Below are positions 20,813-32,876 of a stretch of DNA of 58,345 nucleotides, piece by piece. Origin of the DNA: Folioceros fuciformis (lineage: Eukaryota); NCBI GenBank assembly GCA_049999805.1, contig JBNGIO010005968.1, forward strand, positions 54,297-112,641, in the 5' to 3' direction. The first letter of the stretch is position 1. Each line of letters starts with the position of its first letter. Made by a program: the position numbers and the translations under genes. Under the pieces are notes generated by a model. The model did not search any database, had not been told where the DNA came from, and saw only the letters and a list, made by a program, of their open reading frames with translations.

Positions 20813-22624
20813 TCAAAGTTGGAGCAGGAAGGAGTGGTCCTGCTCCAGGCGGGCCATGGCTCCTGCAGGGAGCACTACGGCCACCTCCACGCTACCTTTG
20901 GGTAGTTTGGGGTTTGCGGGAAATATGGCATACGCTCCCTGCTCATCCATGTTGCCGGATCTGACCCTGAACGGACTTCCCCACCCGAAGTCACAGTCGT
21001 AGATGGGATGCTTAGATGAGTTCTGGATGGCTGTTGTGAGACACTGTCTGGTTGGGTCTAAGTCCACTGGTCGCAGGTTGCCATGCTGCTCCGAGTAGTG
21101 GACTAGAACCCGGATGTACTGCTCCGAGACAGACTTTCTCCTGGCCTGCATGTGAAACAAGCGGAACACTCAACTGTCATTGACCACACCAACAACTAGA
21201 GGTCTGGAGAAGAAGGCTGTAGGTAGTCTACGGAGCTGACTCCCGGTGCCGGTGGCAGCCACTCACCTTGTGGATCAGCTTGGCAGAGAAGTACAGAGGG
21301 CTCTCCACCAGCTCCTTGACCGTGGTCACCGCTGCTGTGCAGCAAACCGCGTTCCCGAAATAGGAGTCTGGCAGGAAAGGAAGCCTCCTTCTGCAGTCTG
21401 ACTCGATCACGAACTTGGTTTCCGAATGGCCGGGGGGATTGCGAGCCCTGGTGGTGCACCGCCAGAGGTGCGCTCCTAACACCTGCTTTTGTCAGACGAT
21501 AAGCAAACTTGAGAGTAATGGAGTTGGACCTGGTGCAGGTTTCACAGGATGGCAGCGAGAGAAGCGGTTCCGAATGGAGAGCGGCAGATTTAGTAAACCT
21601 ACCTCTAAGGATGTGAATTGTCCCCTTGTAGCCGGAGCTTTCTTCAGGGCCTCGCATTCCGGCCGCTTCAACTTGTTGGCAGCAGCCTCGGAGCCGGACT
21701 TGGAGGACTTGGCAAGGTTCTTCAGCTTCTGGATGGTGTCAGCGGGAAACACGAACATGCGATGCACTTGCCGCTCCTGGAGCAACAGCGGGGACGAAGG
21801 TGGGTAGTCCCTCACCTTACCCGGCTTGCCATTCCTCCTCATGTTGGCTTTCCACGGGTCAGCGAAAGTGTACAGGGTGGGATGGAATTCGGCCGAGTCT
21901 ATCTCGGTGCTGAGGTCGGTAACCTTGAGCAGGTACCGCCTGTGCTTGGGCAACGAAGACAGCCCCTGTTTCCGACATATTTCGGACCAGGCCCGCACGA
22001 AGTTCCAGAACGCTGTTGCATCCGACACTACCTGACTGTAAGCCAGCCCCAGGGCAATCCCTCCACACAAGAACCTGGTCACCTGAAGCCCACCATTCCA
22101 TCTCGTTTCAATCACCCACCCAGTTACTAACTCCCTGCATTTCACCCCACCGTGAAGAACCACAACAACACACAACGTACTTGCACGCAGAGCAGCGGAA
22201 AGTCCGAGCCTTGCATCGCACGGTCCCCCGCGGTGTGGAGCAGGTCGGAGAAGACGTCGGGATCGGGATCCAGCCCCGGCCCCAAATCCTCCAGAGCAAC
22301 AGTGGCCTCCGCGGTCACGAACTGCACGCCTGCGTCGTTGCACTCGAGGCTGGGGCGTTGCCCTTCTTCACGCTCCACCATCCGCCCGGCGTAGGGGTAG
22401 AAGAGCACCAGGGCCTCGGCCAGGCTCCCGCTAAGCCCGGCCACCAATTCGAAGAATCCCTCCCCGCCACCGCCTCCCGGCGGATAGAAGAGAATTCGCT
22501 TCATGTACGGCAAGTGCCACATGTGGATGTCGAAGCAGGTGAGGAAGAGATGGTGCGGCTGCGTCGGCTCCGCAGGAACCACGGTCTTCACATCCAGCAT
22601 CCGCACGCTCGCCGGGCCCCTCAT
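20813..22624 (-). CDS. BAHD acyltransferase family protein (HXXXD His replaced by Gln); exons 22181..22624, 21603..22082, 21267..21482, 20813..21145
   Basis: VVPAEPT, LAEALVLFYPYAGR, ECNDAGVQFVTA, PLLCVQVTRFLCGG, AHLWRC, DCRRR, YFGNAV, DFGWGSP. Confidence 0.9.
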
Positions 22625-23716
22625 CCTGCCGGGGCGGGGCGGATTCAGCACCACCCAGCAGCGGCAGCAGGAGAATCCCTCATCGTCTTGCTCCCTGCAC
22701 CCGCCTGCCAGTCAGCGCTGTGCACCCCACCCCAGCACGGCCTCACACCATGGCCAGTGCGCGAGACGGGCAGGAAGAGCAAGCGCCCAGCAATTCCCAG
22801 CCCTGCAATGCGCCAGCTCCAGCCTCAGAGCATTCTCATCCAGCATCTCTCGCGCCACAACCGCATTCTTCACTCTCGTGCCGGGAGAGAAGAAGGCAAG
22901 GGATAATCCCTGCTGGACGTGAGCGTGCAGGCTGGCATCCCGTCCGGGTCAAGCTCCTGCTGCTGTCGACTACTCCGAAGACGTTGTCATCCAGAAGGCG
23001 CGGCCGTGGAACACAGGCGCAGCGAATCGAGTGAATCTTGGTTGATGGAAACGGCGCATCAATGCCGGTCCTGCGGAACTTCAATGCTGACTGCTGCGCA
23101 TTAAAGCCGCTCATCCGTCCAGGCAATTGAAGCCTGCTGGAGCTCGTTTTTTAACCGGACAAAGCCCGCAGCCAGCCGTGCTGCGCAGCTTGCCTTTCTG
23201 ACACCATTCACACTTCACAGCCAAACAAAGCTCGGCCAAGCTCCAAGGCCCGCCCGATTCGGGCCGGGGCTGGGGAGCGAGGCTATGGCACACGTTTTCG
23301 CACCCTTCGTCGTTATCTCCTGCTGCTGGGCCACGCTGGCTTGGAATCGGCGACAAGTTGTCGTGAGTAATTTTCTGTGACATTGGCCTACAAACGAGGT
23401 CCTCGGGCCTCGGCATGTGCTCTTAACAGTGCCAGGACCCAGGCCCATGGATCGCTTGCTGCCTAGACTTCCTTCGCGCAATCGAGACGTCTGCATTTCG
23501 ACGGGGAGAGGAGCCTCGGGGAGCGAGAGAGAGGAGAGCCAGCTAGCCAGCAAGGCTTCATTCATTGCACTACCACGGAATGATCGAGCCCCACCCTGCG
23601 ACATGCAAGGCTGTATGATTACCGGTGAAGACTTGGAGTTACAATACAATTGTTAGTCTCGGGATTCACGAACCCTAGCGAGGAACGTCAGATGCGAGGA
23701 TGTGGCTGCGCAGGCA

Positions 23717-24936
23717 TCATGCTGCCTCCTGCTTTCTGTGCCACTTGTCGATGATGTTGTACCAGTCCCTGAGGAAGGTCATGGCCACCAGGCGCATGAC
23801 GCCTCCCAACAACACTTCCAGACAACCCTGTGAGAGGGTGGTGTGTGGAGACAGCCCGGCGGTGGCCAGAGATAAAGCAAACCCGTCCAGGTTGCAGGAG
23901 ATGATGAATCTGCCGGCTTTCAAGCCACCGAGGATCCTTTTGGCAGCGACGTCCGGTTGCATGCATTGGGAAGACTGGGATATCAGCACTGTCACCTCCG
24001 GCTTGGTTTTGCTCTCTGCCGACAGGTCAGGTCAGGGTCAAGTCAGGTCAGGATGCAGGAAACCGGGGCCAAATGACAATCAAATCAGGTGGCATGAGAA
24101 CCTGCTATCGGACAACGCAATCATACCTTCTTCAAATCCGGGAGTGAGGGTGTCAGGCGGAAAGGCGAGAGAGACTCGGATATTATAAGGGTAGAGTTCC
24201 TGCTGAAGCACCTCCGCCAGGCCCCGTAGTCCGAACTTCGCAGCCGCGTAAGGAGCATAGCCATATACTCCGGTCTGCACTCTCGATTTGGGAACACCTC
24301 ACAAATCAACCACAGGCTGCGTGGCAGGTACTACGACAAGCAAGACCTGTACTGCAGAAACAAGCTTGGGGTCTCTGCAGCGACACACACCTGGCCAGCT
24401 TGAGACGAGATGATGCAGATACTGGAAGGATACTGCCTGCCCCTGTCCTTCCTGCCTTGCTTCATTCCTGGGATCGCCGCCTTGATGACATGAATATTGC
24501 CCTTGAGCACGGTGTCAACCTGATGGTTGATAACCTCCAACGACGACTCCTCAAACACGCCAGGGTTTGCCACCCCATGAGAACAAATCAAAACATCCAC
24601 ATTACCCGCCGCTGCCAACGCTTTGGCTGTACTGCCATAATCCTTGACATCCGCACTGAAGATGTGCACCCTATGGCCGGTGGCCTTCTCTATGGCCTCC
24701 CGAGCTTCCTCCAGCTTAGCCTCAGTGCGCGCCAGTAGAGAGACCTTGGCAGCTCCTTCGTTAACCACAAGATGCGCTAAAGCCAACCCGATGCCACTCG
24801 ACCCTCCAGTGATCAAAACATGCCTGCCCTTCACAGGGATGTGCACCGCAGCAGGCACCCGCAGCATCCACACAGCCCACACCAGCCCTGCAATCACCAA
24901 CCCCAGAGTGCACCCAAGCCATCCCACCCATTCCAT
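23717..24936 (-). CDS. TSC10: 3-ketodihydrosphingosine reductase (SDR family); exons 24391..24936, 24127..24274, 23717..24015
   Basis: N-terminal TM, TGGSSGIG, SSQAGQ, YAAAK (YxxxK), FPPDTLTPGFEEE, C-terminal TM. Confidence 0.9.
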
Positions 24937-25647
24937 CTCCCCCCAAGTTAACCCTAAACCTGCGCACTCGATCTACATCCAGCTTTGCAAGCTCGATCTA
25001 CGCATCATCTAGACATCAACCCTCCTTCACCAGCACCCCTCCGGAGCGGCGGCGACACCACATTCTAAATCTGCCACGCATTTGCTCTTCCCGGGCGCAG
25101 AATGCCCCAGCTAGCTAACCGGCCGTGGTCTGATACAAGAAATTCTCCTCCTGCTAATCAGCCAAATTAATGATTGGCTCTTTCTTCCTTGTTTGCGATT
25201 CGGCACTATTTGCATTTCCTCCGTACAGTAATTTCATCTTAGACGCCAAATGCGTGTGTGGTCGTTGCGTGAAGACGATAAGCTTGCTGTTTTCTCAGCC
25301 CTGGAGGGTTTCCTCGGCTTGTGGAAATAAGTTGATGTACGCGCCAATGCGGCAGGGTAGTGTGGTGCGCATCGCCACGTAGACGAGCGCAGGCCAGCCA
25401 CTTGTTCCGCATCTGGATTCTGAGGGCGAAGCCCTAAGCTCGTGTGTCGTGGAGGAGACGATACTAGAGACTTCGCTTCGCGTATCTTCCCGGTGTGTAT
25501 CTCTCGCCCGGTCTGCATCTCCAGAGCTGTGAGGGGCAGTAGTGTGATCGTAGCAGCTGGTCCTGGATTGACGCACAGCGGAGCGCGAGATTCATACCCC
25601 AGTTCCTGCAGGCACTCACCGTCGCATTGAGCACCGGGGGGGTGGAG

Positions 25648-27707
25648 ATGGCGGCTGTGGTGGGCACTTCGTCCATTCTCATCCCGTCGTCGGCCCGGGT
25701 GGTGGCGCATGCGGAGCAAAGGCTGGGTGTGCAGGTTTCGGTAGGCGCTCACCGCCCTGCGACATGCGGGGGGGAGGCAGAGCAGCAGGTGCTCCAGGGA
25801 GGAGCTTCCGTTNNNNNNNNNNNNNNNNNNNNNNNNNNNNNNNNNNNNNNNNNNNNNNNNNNNNNNNNNNNNNNNNNNNNNNNNNNNNNNNNNNNNNNNN
25901 NNNNNNNNNNNNGTCCTATTCCCGGTTCTTGGAGTACCTGGACATGGACAGGGTGAAGAAAGTGGACCTGTACGAGAACGGCACGATTGCGATCGTGGAG
26001 GCGGTGTCCCCTGAACTGGGAAACCGGGTGCAGAGGGTGCGGGTGCAGCTCCCGGGGCTGAGCCAGGAGCTGCTCTCCAAGTTCCGGGAGAAGAACATCG
26101 ACTTCGCGGCGCACAACCCTCAGGAGGACTCGGGGGCGGTGCTGCTCAACCTGATTGGGAACCTGGCGTTCCCTTTGTTGTTGGTCGGCGGGCTCTTTTT
26201 CCTCTCTCGCCGCTCGCAGGGCGGGATGGGCGGACCGGGAGGCCCTGGGAACCCGTTGGCTTTCGGGAAAAGCAAGGCCAAGTTCCAGATGGAGCCCAAC
26301 ACGGGGGTTACCTTTGAGGATGTGGCGGGCGTGGACGAGGCCAAACAGGACTTCATGGAGGTTGTGGAGTTCCTGAAGCGGCCCGAGAGGTTCACGGCCG
26401 TGGGCGCCAGGATCCCGAAGGGAGTGCTGTTGGTGGGTCCGCCCGGGACTGGGAAGACGCTGCTGGCGAAGGCCATTGCCGGGGAGGCCGGAGTCCCATT
26501 TTTCTCCATCTCTGGATCGGAGTTTGTGGAGATGTTTGTGGGAGTGGGTGCGTCCCGGGTGCGGGATTTGTTCAAGAAGGCCAAGGAGAATGCGCCCTGC
26601 ATCGTGTTTGTGGATGAGATTGATGCGGTTGGAAGGCAGCGGGGGACTGGTATTGGGGGTGGGAATGATGAGCGGGAGCAGACTCTGAACCAGCTGCTCA
26701 CGGAGATGGATGGGTTTGAGGGCAACACTGGGATCATCGTGATTGCGGCCACCAACAGAGCTGACATTCTGGACGCTGCTCTACTCCGGCCTGGGCGGTT
26801 CGACCGGCAGGTGACTGTGGACGTGCCGGATGTGAGGGGGAGGACGGAGATCCTCAAGGTGCATGCCAGCAATAAGAAGTTTGAGGACGACGTCTCGTTG
26901 GACATCATTGCCATGAGGACGCCGGGGTTCAGTGGAGCTGATCTGGCCAATCTGTTGAATGAGGCTGCCATTCTGACTGGGCGGAGGGGGAAGTCTGCCA
27001 TTTCCGCCAAGGAGATTGATGACTCTATTGATAGGATCGTGGCCGGGATGGAAGGGACTGTCATGACGGACGGCAAAAGCAAGAGCCTGGTGGCGTACCA
27101 TGAAGTGGGGCATGCTGTGTGCGGGACTCTGACTCCTGGGCATGATGCCGTGCAAAAGGTGACCCTCATTCCCCGCGGGCAGGCCAGGGGATTGACCTGG
27201 TTCATCCCAGGGGAGGACCCCACGCTCATCTCCAAGCAGCAGATTTTTGCCAGGATAGTGGGCGCTTTGGGAGGGAGGGCTGCTGAAGAGATCGTGTTCG
27301 GGGATGCCGAGGTCACCACCGGCGCATCCAGTGACTTGCAGCAGGTCACATCCATGGCCAAGCAGATGGTGACGGTGTTCGGGATGTCTGACATCGGGCC
27401 CTGGGCTTTGATGGACCCTTCTGTGCAAGGCGGTGACATGATCATGCGGATGATGGCCAGGAACTCCATGTCGGAGAAGCTGGCAGAGGATATCGACCAG
27501 GCAGTCAAGTCCATCTCCGACAAGGCGTACCAGGTCGCCTTGTCCCATATCCGAAACAACCGCCCAGCCATTGACAAGATCGTGGAGGTGCTCCTCGAGA
27601 AGGAGACCATTGCGGGAGATGAGTTCAGAGCAATTCTGTCGGAGTACACCGAGATCCCCAGCCAAAACCGGGTGAGTCCCCGAGTTCCAGCCCCCGTCGG
27701 TGTGTGA
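25648..27707 (+). CDS. FTSH2: Chloroplast ATP-dependent zinc metalloprotease FtsH, type B (FtsH2/VAR2-like); N gap at 25813..25912 in the targeting region
   Basis: [19 protein letters not shown] region, HEVGH zinc motif, type-[14 protein letters not shown]; transit-like N-terminus from ATG 25648; no intron in the visible part. Confidence 0.95.
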
Positions 27708-28300
27708 AGCATGCCAGGGAGGCCTTGTAAGGTTGTTGTACATTAGAGGGGGCAGTTAGATGTTGGTGTGTAAGAGCGTTGTACATGTGAGTGCATTCAT
27801 ATCTTAATTCCTGGTAGCGTTTATGGGCTCATCCCCGTGAAGTCTGATCCTTGTCCACATGTAAGCAAATCACAATCTGGATACCAGTGGTGGAGGCGGT
27901 GTAATCCCACACTGCCTTGTGCCCTGGCACGTAGAACCACTGGTCTCTTTTTGTAAGCCTTGTGCCCTTCCACTTAGATACGCCTTTCTCGGATTGTAAC
28001 GGCCTTGCGGTCTGGGCACGTTGGCACTCCGTTCTCGCCTTGCGAGCGCCCTGTGAGAGGACAATGCCCGACAGGTGGACGGGCTGTATGAAAGCGCGTA
28101 GCTCCCGTGAAGACAGTGCAGACCGAAGGTGAAGGAAACCAGCTGCATACGCCGAACATGGTGGCCGTTCGGGAACAACCTGACGAAATCGTTCCTCACC
28201 TTGCATCACTGCGCCTTTGAAGGGTCTTATCTCAGAGCAATTGCAAGCAAACGCACGCCTCCTCTCCGGAGATTCCTGCCTATAGCCCCCATAGTCCAAT

Positions 28301-28405
28301 CTCTCCACCGATTTCTAGCTCCTGTCATCTCGGAGTTCTATGGCCCCGAATCCAGTCTAATCTCTCCACAGATTTCTAGCTCTTGTCACTCAGAGTTCTA
28401 TCACG
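28301..28405. repeat. Two-copy ~61-bp direct repeat (CTCTCCACMGATTTCTAGCTCYTGTCA..GAGTTCTAT)
   Basis: Copies begin near 28301 and 28362. Confidence 0.8.
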
Positions 28406-28559
28406 CTACACCTAGTTATTTACCCAATATGGATCGGCTCCCTTCTCTATTACCAGAGCCGTCGATCGAGGGGGTTTGAGTGCTCGATTCAGCGGAAGGT
28501 ACGAAGGCCGGGCGCTCCCTTGGGCTTCTTCGTGATGACTGACTGTAAGACCCTTTCCA

Positions 28560-30090
28560 TTACTGCCTCGTCGGGGTTTTAATTGCTTATATCCCTTTGT
28601 GGCGGACCATACTCACAACTTGTTCACCGAGTGGTATTGGTACGAAGGTGAAGTTTTCTAGGCCTTGTGATAGATTGTCTCCTCTCGTCTTCTCGGGTAC
28701 AAAATCACTTCCTCACAAGGCTTTCAAGTTTGTCTAAGGTTTTGTGGATGTGGTCCTTTAGGAGGACCTTGCGAATTTAGGAGGTGCCTTTGGAAATTCT
28801 TTCCTTCGTCCAGGGTTACTTCTTCGAATGGTACAAATCTTTGACATTTGTAGCAAGCTTGAGGAGCTGTACTTTTGAGTGTGACACGGGGGACCTTGCT
28901 AGGCGACAAGCATCTATTCCTATCTTGTTTGGTGGCATTGGTTTGTTGGCAACGGAGTTTTTGGCAACTGAGTTTTTGGCACTAGGACATTCTATTCCTA
29001 TCTTGTTTGGTGACATTGGTTTGTTGGCAAAGAAGTTTTTGGCACCACGACATTTCTCGGGATTTGTTTCCTTTTCAGCTCTTATATTGGCTTCCCGTTT
29101 ACTCATTCGTATGCTTGCATTTTGGAATCTTTTGTCTTGGTATAAGGAGGATGCCCTCCCTTTGTAGGTGTCCCTAAGATCAACTAGGGAGACTCTTTCT
29201 TCTACAACTAGGACTATTATGCTTCAATTTTCATCTCTTCTTGCAGTGGGAATTCGGGGGCTCCAAGCTTCTCTTTTTGAGAAGGAATACAAGCAGATGT
29301 AGTTTAATATTTTTCGGGATTCCTCTATTCCAGGCTTGTTTGGGCATGACTTCGTTCGTGCTCAGGAAAGGGCGCAGACTTTTTGGCTCGACCAAGCATG
29401 TAGGCTTTTTGAATTGCACCAACCACTTTCTCTATTACGTGAGGTTTCACCTTGGTTTGGTCCAACCTTTGGCTTACTCTCTATTCTCTTGTAATTGTGG
29501 GGCACCTGTAGACAACTCTAGTACTCATCTTGCCTGTTGTTTGGGTGGGGGTCAATGGATTGTTACACACAATGCCGTGCGCGAGATATTATGTTTTTGT
29601 TGGCCAAGGAGACTGGATTCTTGCCCTTTCAAAGTGCTCGTACACTCTACTTAACGGCGTTTCTCTTTGGGCTGACTTTTTTCTTATCCAGGGAGATCAA
29701 CAAGTTCTTATTGCTAACGTGGTTGTAAATGACTCCACATGGATCACAGTCTGCAAGCATTTTATCCTCAACTCTTCCGGTTGGGTGGTAGAAAGGAGTG
29801 CATCGGCCAAGATTTACAAGTACACCTCTCTACAGGCTGGACACACCTTTATCCTCCTTGCCATTAAAACCCATAGGGCCATGTTCAAGGAATTTTCCAA
29901 GTTTTTGAAGTCTTGCGCCAAGGCAGAACAATGGGCTTGGTCCTCCTCTTTCATACATTGTAGCAATTTTTTGGCAATGGGTTTCGAGTGCTTTAGAATG
30001 TGCATTGGCTAATGCTTTATAAAGGATGATCACGTTGGCAGGAGAGGCGATGTCAATAACCTGGTGGTAGGTAGACCCTTTCTTCTCCCA
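28560..30090 (+). mobile_element. Degenerate 5'-truncated non-LTR retrotransposon with C-terminal restriction-like endonuclease (CRE/R2-group-like)
   Basis: Broken frames read RPGLLLRMV, LARRQASIPILFGGIGL, VRFHLGL, zinc knuckle CNCGAPVDNSSTHLACC, THNAVR, WADFFL, SAKIYKY and HTFILLAIKTH; many stops and frameshifts. Boundaries approximate. Confidence 0.75.
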
Positions 30091-30091
30091 G

Positions 30092-30292
30092 ACCATGATG
30101 TTTTTAGTAGCCTAATCCTCCCAAACCATGATGTTTTTAGTAGCCTAATCCTCCCAAACCATGATGCTTTTAGTAGCCGGACGACCATGATGTTTTTAGT
30201 AGCCTAATCCTCCCAAACCATGATGTTTTNNNNNNNNNNGACCATGATGTTTTTAGTAGCCTAATCCTCCCAAACCATGATGTTTTTAGTAG
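30092..30292. repeat. 33-bp minisatellite (ACCATGATGTTTTTAGTAGCCTAATCCTCCCAA), about 6 copies across a 10-N gap
   Basis: Direct tandem copies at 30092, 30125, 30158 and after the gap. Confidence 0.93.
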
Positions 30293-30662
30293 TCATTAGG
30301 CTTCAGGGATTAGCTTTAATATTTCTATAATGGTTTATCTCCCTCCTTATGAGTAGATAAGATTTTTCATCTTGTTTTCTCACATAAATCAATCGTCGAA
30401 TCTGAGTTATACCATCCTTTTGATTAACTTCTTTACTTTTTACTTTTACTGGATTCATTCCCTAACCAGTAGAAAATAGCATCCCTTTTATTCATTAAGT
30501 ATGGAGGCCTTTCGTTTCGGTGTGAAGCATACACTAGTGACTTCCAGCGATTGCAAACCGGCTTTGGAAGCAAATCGATCCTCCAATTGGGATGTCATAA
30601 TGGTGAAAATTACGGTGTATGTGTGTATATGTGTATGTAATTAGGTTTGATTAGCCAGACGG

Positions 30663-31082
30663 ATGATGGAGCGCGAGAACAAGGGGAAGGCGGCCATGGC
30701 GGGCTCCGGCGGACAGAATGTGCCGGTGGCGGCGGCCGTGCCGACTAAGGTTGGGGAGACGTCGCTGAAACGGAAGCGCGGCCTCCTTTCCAAGGAACTT
30801 CGCCTCATGATGTACGGTTATGGAGACGACTCGGATCCTATTCCAGAGACTGTAGCGCTGGTGGAGGACATTGTTGTGGACTACATCACTGATATGATGC
30901 ACAAGTCCATGGACGTGGCTGCACGTAGAGGGAAGCTCACCACAGAGGATTTGATGTTTCTGGTGCGGAAGGATGCTCCCAAGTTTGCCAGAGTGAAAGA
31001 GCTGTTGGCTATGAACGAGGAGTTGAAGCGTGCCAGGAAGGCGTTCGAGGTGGACGAGGAGAAATTAGCCAACGATTCTTAA
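30663..31082 (+). CDS. TAF13: Transcription initiation factor TFIID subunit 13, intronless
   Basis: KRKRGL.SKELRLMMYGYGDD, ETVALVEDIVVDYITD, RGKLTTEDLMFLVRKD, RVKELLAMNEELKRARKAFE. Confidence 0.95.
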   Translation: MMERENKGKAAMAGSGGQNVPVAAAVPTKVGETSLKRKRGLLSKELRLMMYGYGDDSDPIPETVALVEDIVVDYITDMMHKSMDVAARRGKLTTEDLMFLVRKDAPKFARVKELLAMNEELKRARKAFEVDEEKLANDS

Positions 31083-31451
31083 CGACTGCTCGGGTGGGTG
31101 ACGAGATAGGGTCGGGGTTTGGTTTTGATGACACAATTTGGTGGCCGGTCCTGTAGACGGAAGGAATCTGCTTACTTGGACCATCTGGCTGACTAACATG
31201 GTGTGCCGGCACACAGGAACTTGCGCGCTCACGTGTCGGACTGCAATTTTGAGAGTTGATGTTTTCGTCTCAAACTGTCTGCGTGCTTTTTTGCGTGTAC
31301 TGTATACTCTAGCTTGCGAACGACTCCCAGCTCCTTGTTCTTGATTCCGCACCCTCATGTATGACTCGCTGTCACGGAGCTTGTTCCTGGGCAAGTACCC
31401 TGCAGTACACGCCTGTGTCGGAAGGGAGGTTACATGAAGCGTCCACATTTT

Positions 31452-32629
31452 TCATCTCCTGGGCCTCACTGGACCTACAAAAGAGATCGAGGTGCCTGGC
31501 TTTGTGCCTGTCGACAGCACAAGATGAACACAAGTCAGGTTCGGTCATTCATCCAACCAGTTTTGCAGTATGGAAACTGAAGTGGTGGTTTAGGATCGGA
31601 CATTCATTGAAGCATTGACTTGCACAAGCTTCTGTAGCTTTTGCCGCATCTTTGGGATCGAACGTATAGCCAGTAGTCCTCTTCACCTCTATCCCGTGTT
31701 GCTTCACTGCAGCCGTGCAGGCAGTCTGGCATGGAGGGCGGCAAGACTCGTCCCGGCTTGGCCCTACTCCTTTAGAGCAGCTTGGCTTCCCATCCAGAGT
31801 CACCTGCAGGCCAAAAGAACAAAGGACCGGTTGCCAGCCCTGGCGGGAGCAGGATATGGATGCAGCTGTTTAGGGAAACGAAGACATACCTTCAGACCAG
31901 CGGGCAAGCCAGCAACTTCAGGTGTCTCTTTGCTCGCATCCAGGGCATTCACACTGCAAAAGAGTGAATTGGGTTGGTTATCTGCGTGGGTTGGTTATCT
32001 GTTAAGTGGCACCCAACACTGCACTGACACCCCGCTACAAGGGTGGCTTTTCTGCAAATGCTGGGAAAAACTTACCAGACAGAAGCTGTAAATCCTTTCT
32101 TCCGTGCAACAACCTTGCCATCCACTATCTGTTCAATCGAGTACTTCTTACTGCACAAACAACACACATTCTCAATGCGCTGAGAATGCGGGTTTCAATT
32201 GGGAACGAAGAGTGGGAGGAGGAGAGACACCCACCGGACGCTCCCATATAACGTGAAGGGCTCCACGGGATCCTTCTCCTCCGCGGGCCCTCCGAAAAGC
32301 GTGAAGGCGTAAGCTGAATTCACTTGTTGTGACGAGAATGCCAGACAAAGAATCAGCGCAGCAACCCATGTTCTGGCCCTACCCCTGACCGGCTTACAGA
32401 GGCCAGTTCCCAGTCCCGCTGGACTGCTATCAAGCTCCGCACTCTCAAGATCCCTTCCCCGCTTCCACTGTACAAATCCTGTCCCCAATCTCTGCTCGCC
32501 AGTGCAGAACGCTAGAACCGTCGGTCTCAAGCTCCGGGGCAGGCATTTTGATACCAAACCCCGAGATTGACATCTCTGCGTCGCCGCAGAGGTATACCTT
32601 GCGCCAATCCAGCGTACTGGTGCCCACAT
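31452..32629 (-). CDS. Uncharacterised Cys-rich protein with bipartite chloroplast/thylakoid-lumen-like targeting; exons 32235..32629, 32076..32150, 31890..31953, 31602..31803, 31452..31507
   Basis: Four GT-AG introns join in frame; transit-like N-terminus, hydrophobic stretch ending AYA; mature part has CxxxCxxAC and CxxQCxxEC-TKPG. Confidence 0.75.
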
Positions 32630-32876
32630 CTTGGATCGACGACCAGCAGATATGCACCGGTAATCCGGGTGCAATGCTGTAAATGGGTAACGTCAAAAAC
32701 GAGCGGTGCATAGCGGGCGGTTCAGCTTATCAGGACTAACACACGCTGAGCACTTGAAGTACCGTCACCTCGGGAAGGAGACTATGTACAATTTTCCAAG
32801 ATTGGTTGGAAGCTCAAAGCAGGACCATGGGAGGTCTTGGCATTAATGGGGTTCAAAACTGTCGCACAACACCTGC

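Noticed and set aside
22016-22906. 296-aa plus-strand ORF and similar ORFs opposite the protease-like gene
   Set aside because: Antisense shadows of GC-rich coding exons.
26120-27712. 530-aa antisense ORF (and the 320-aa ORF 26781..27743)
   Set aside because: Shadow of the GC3-rich FtsH2 frame; no independent motifs.
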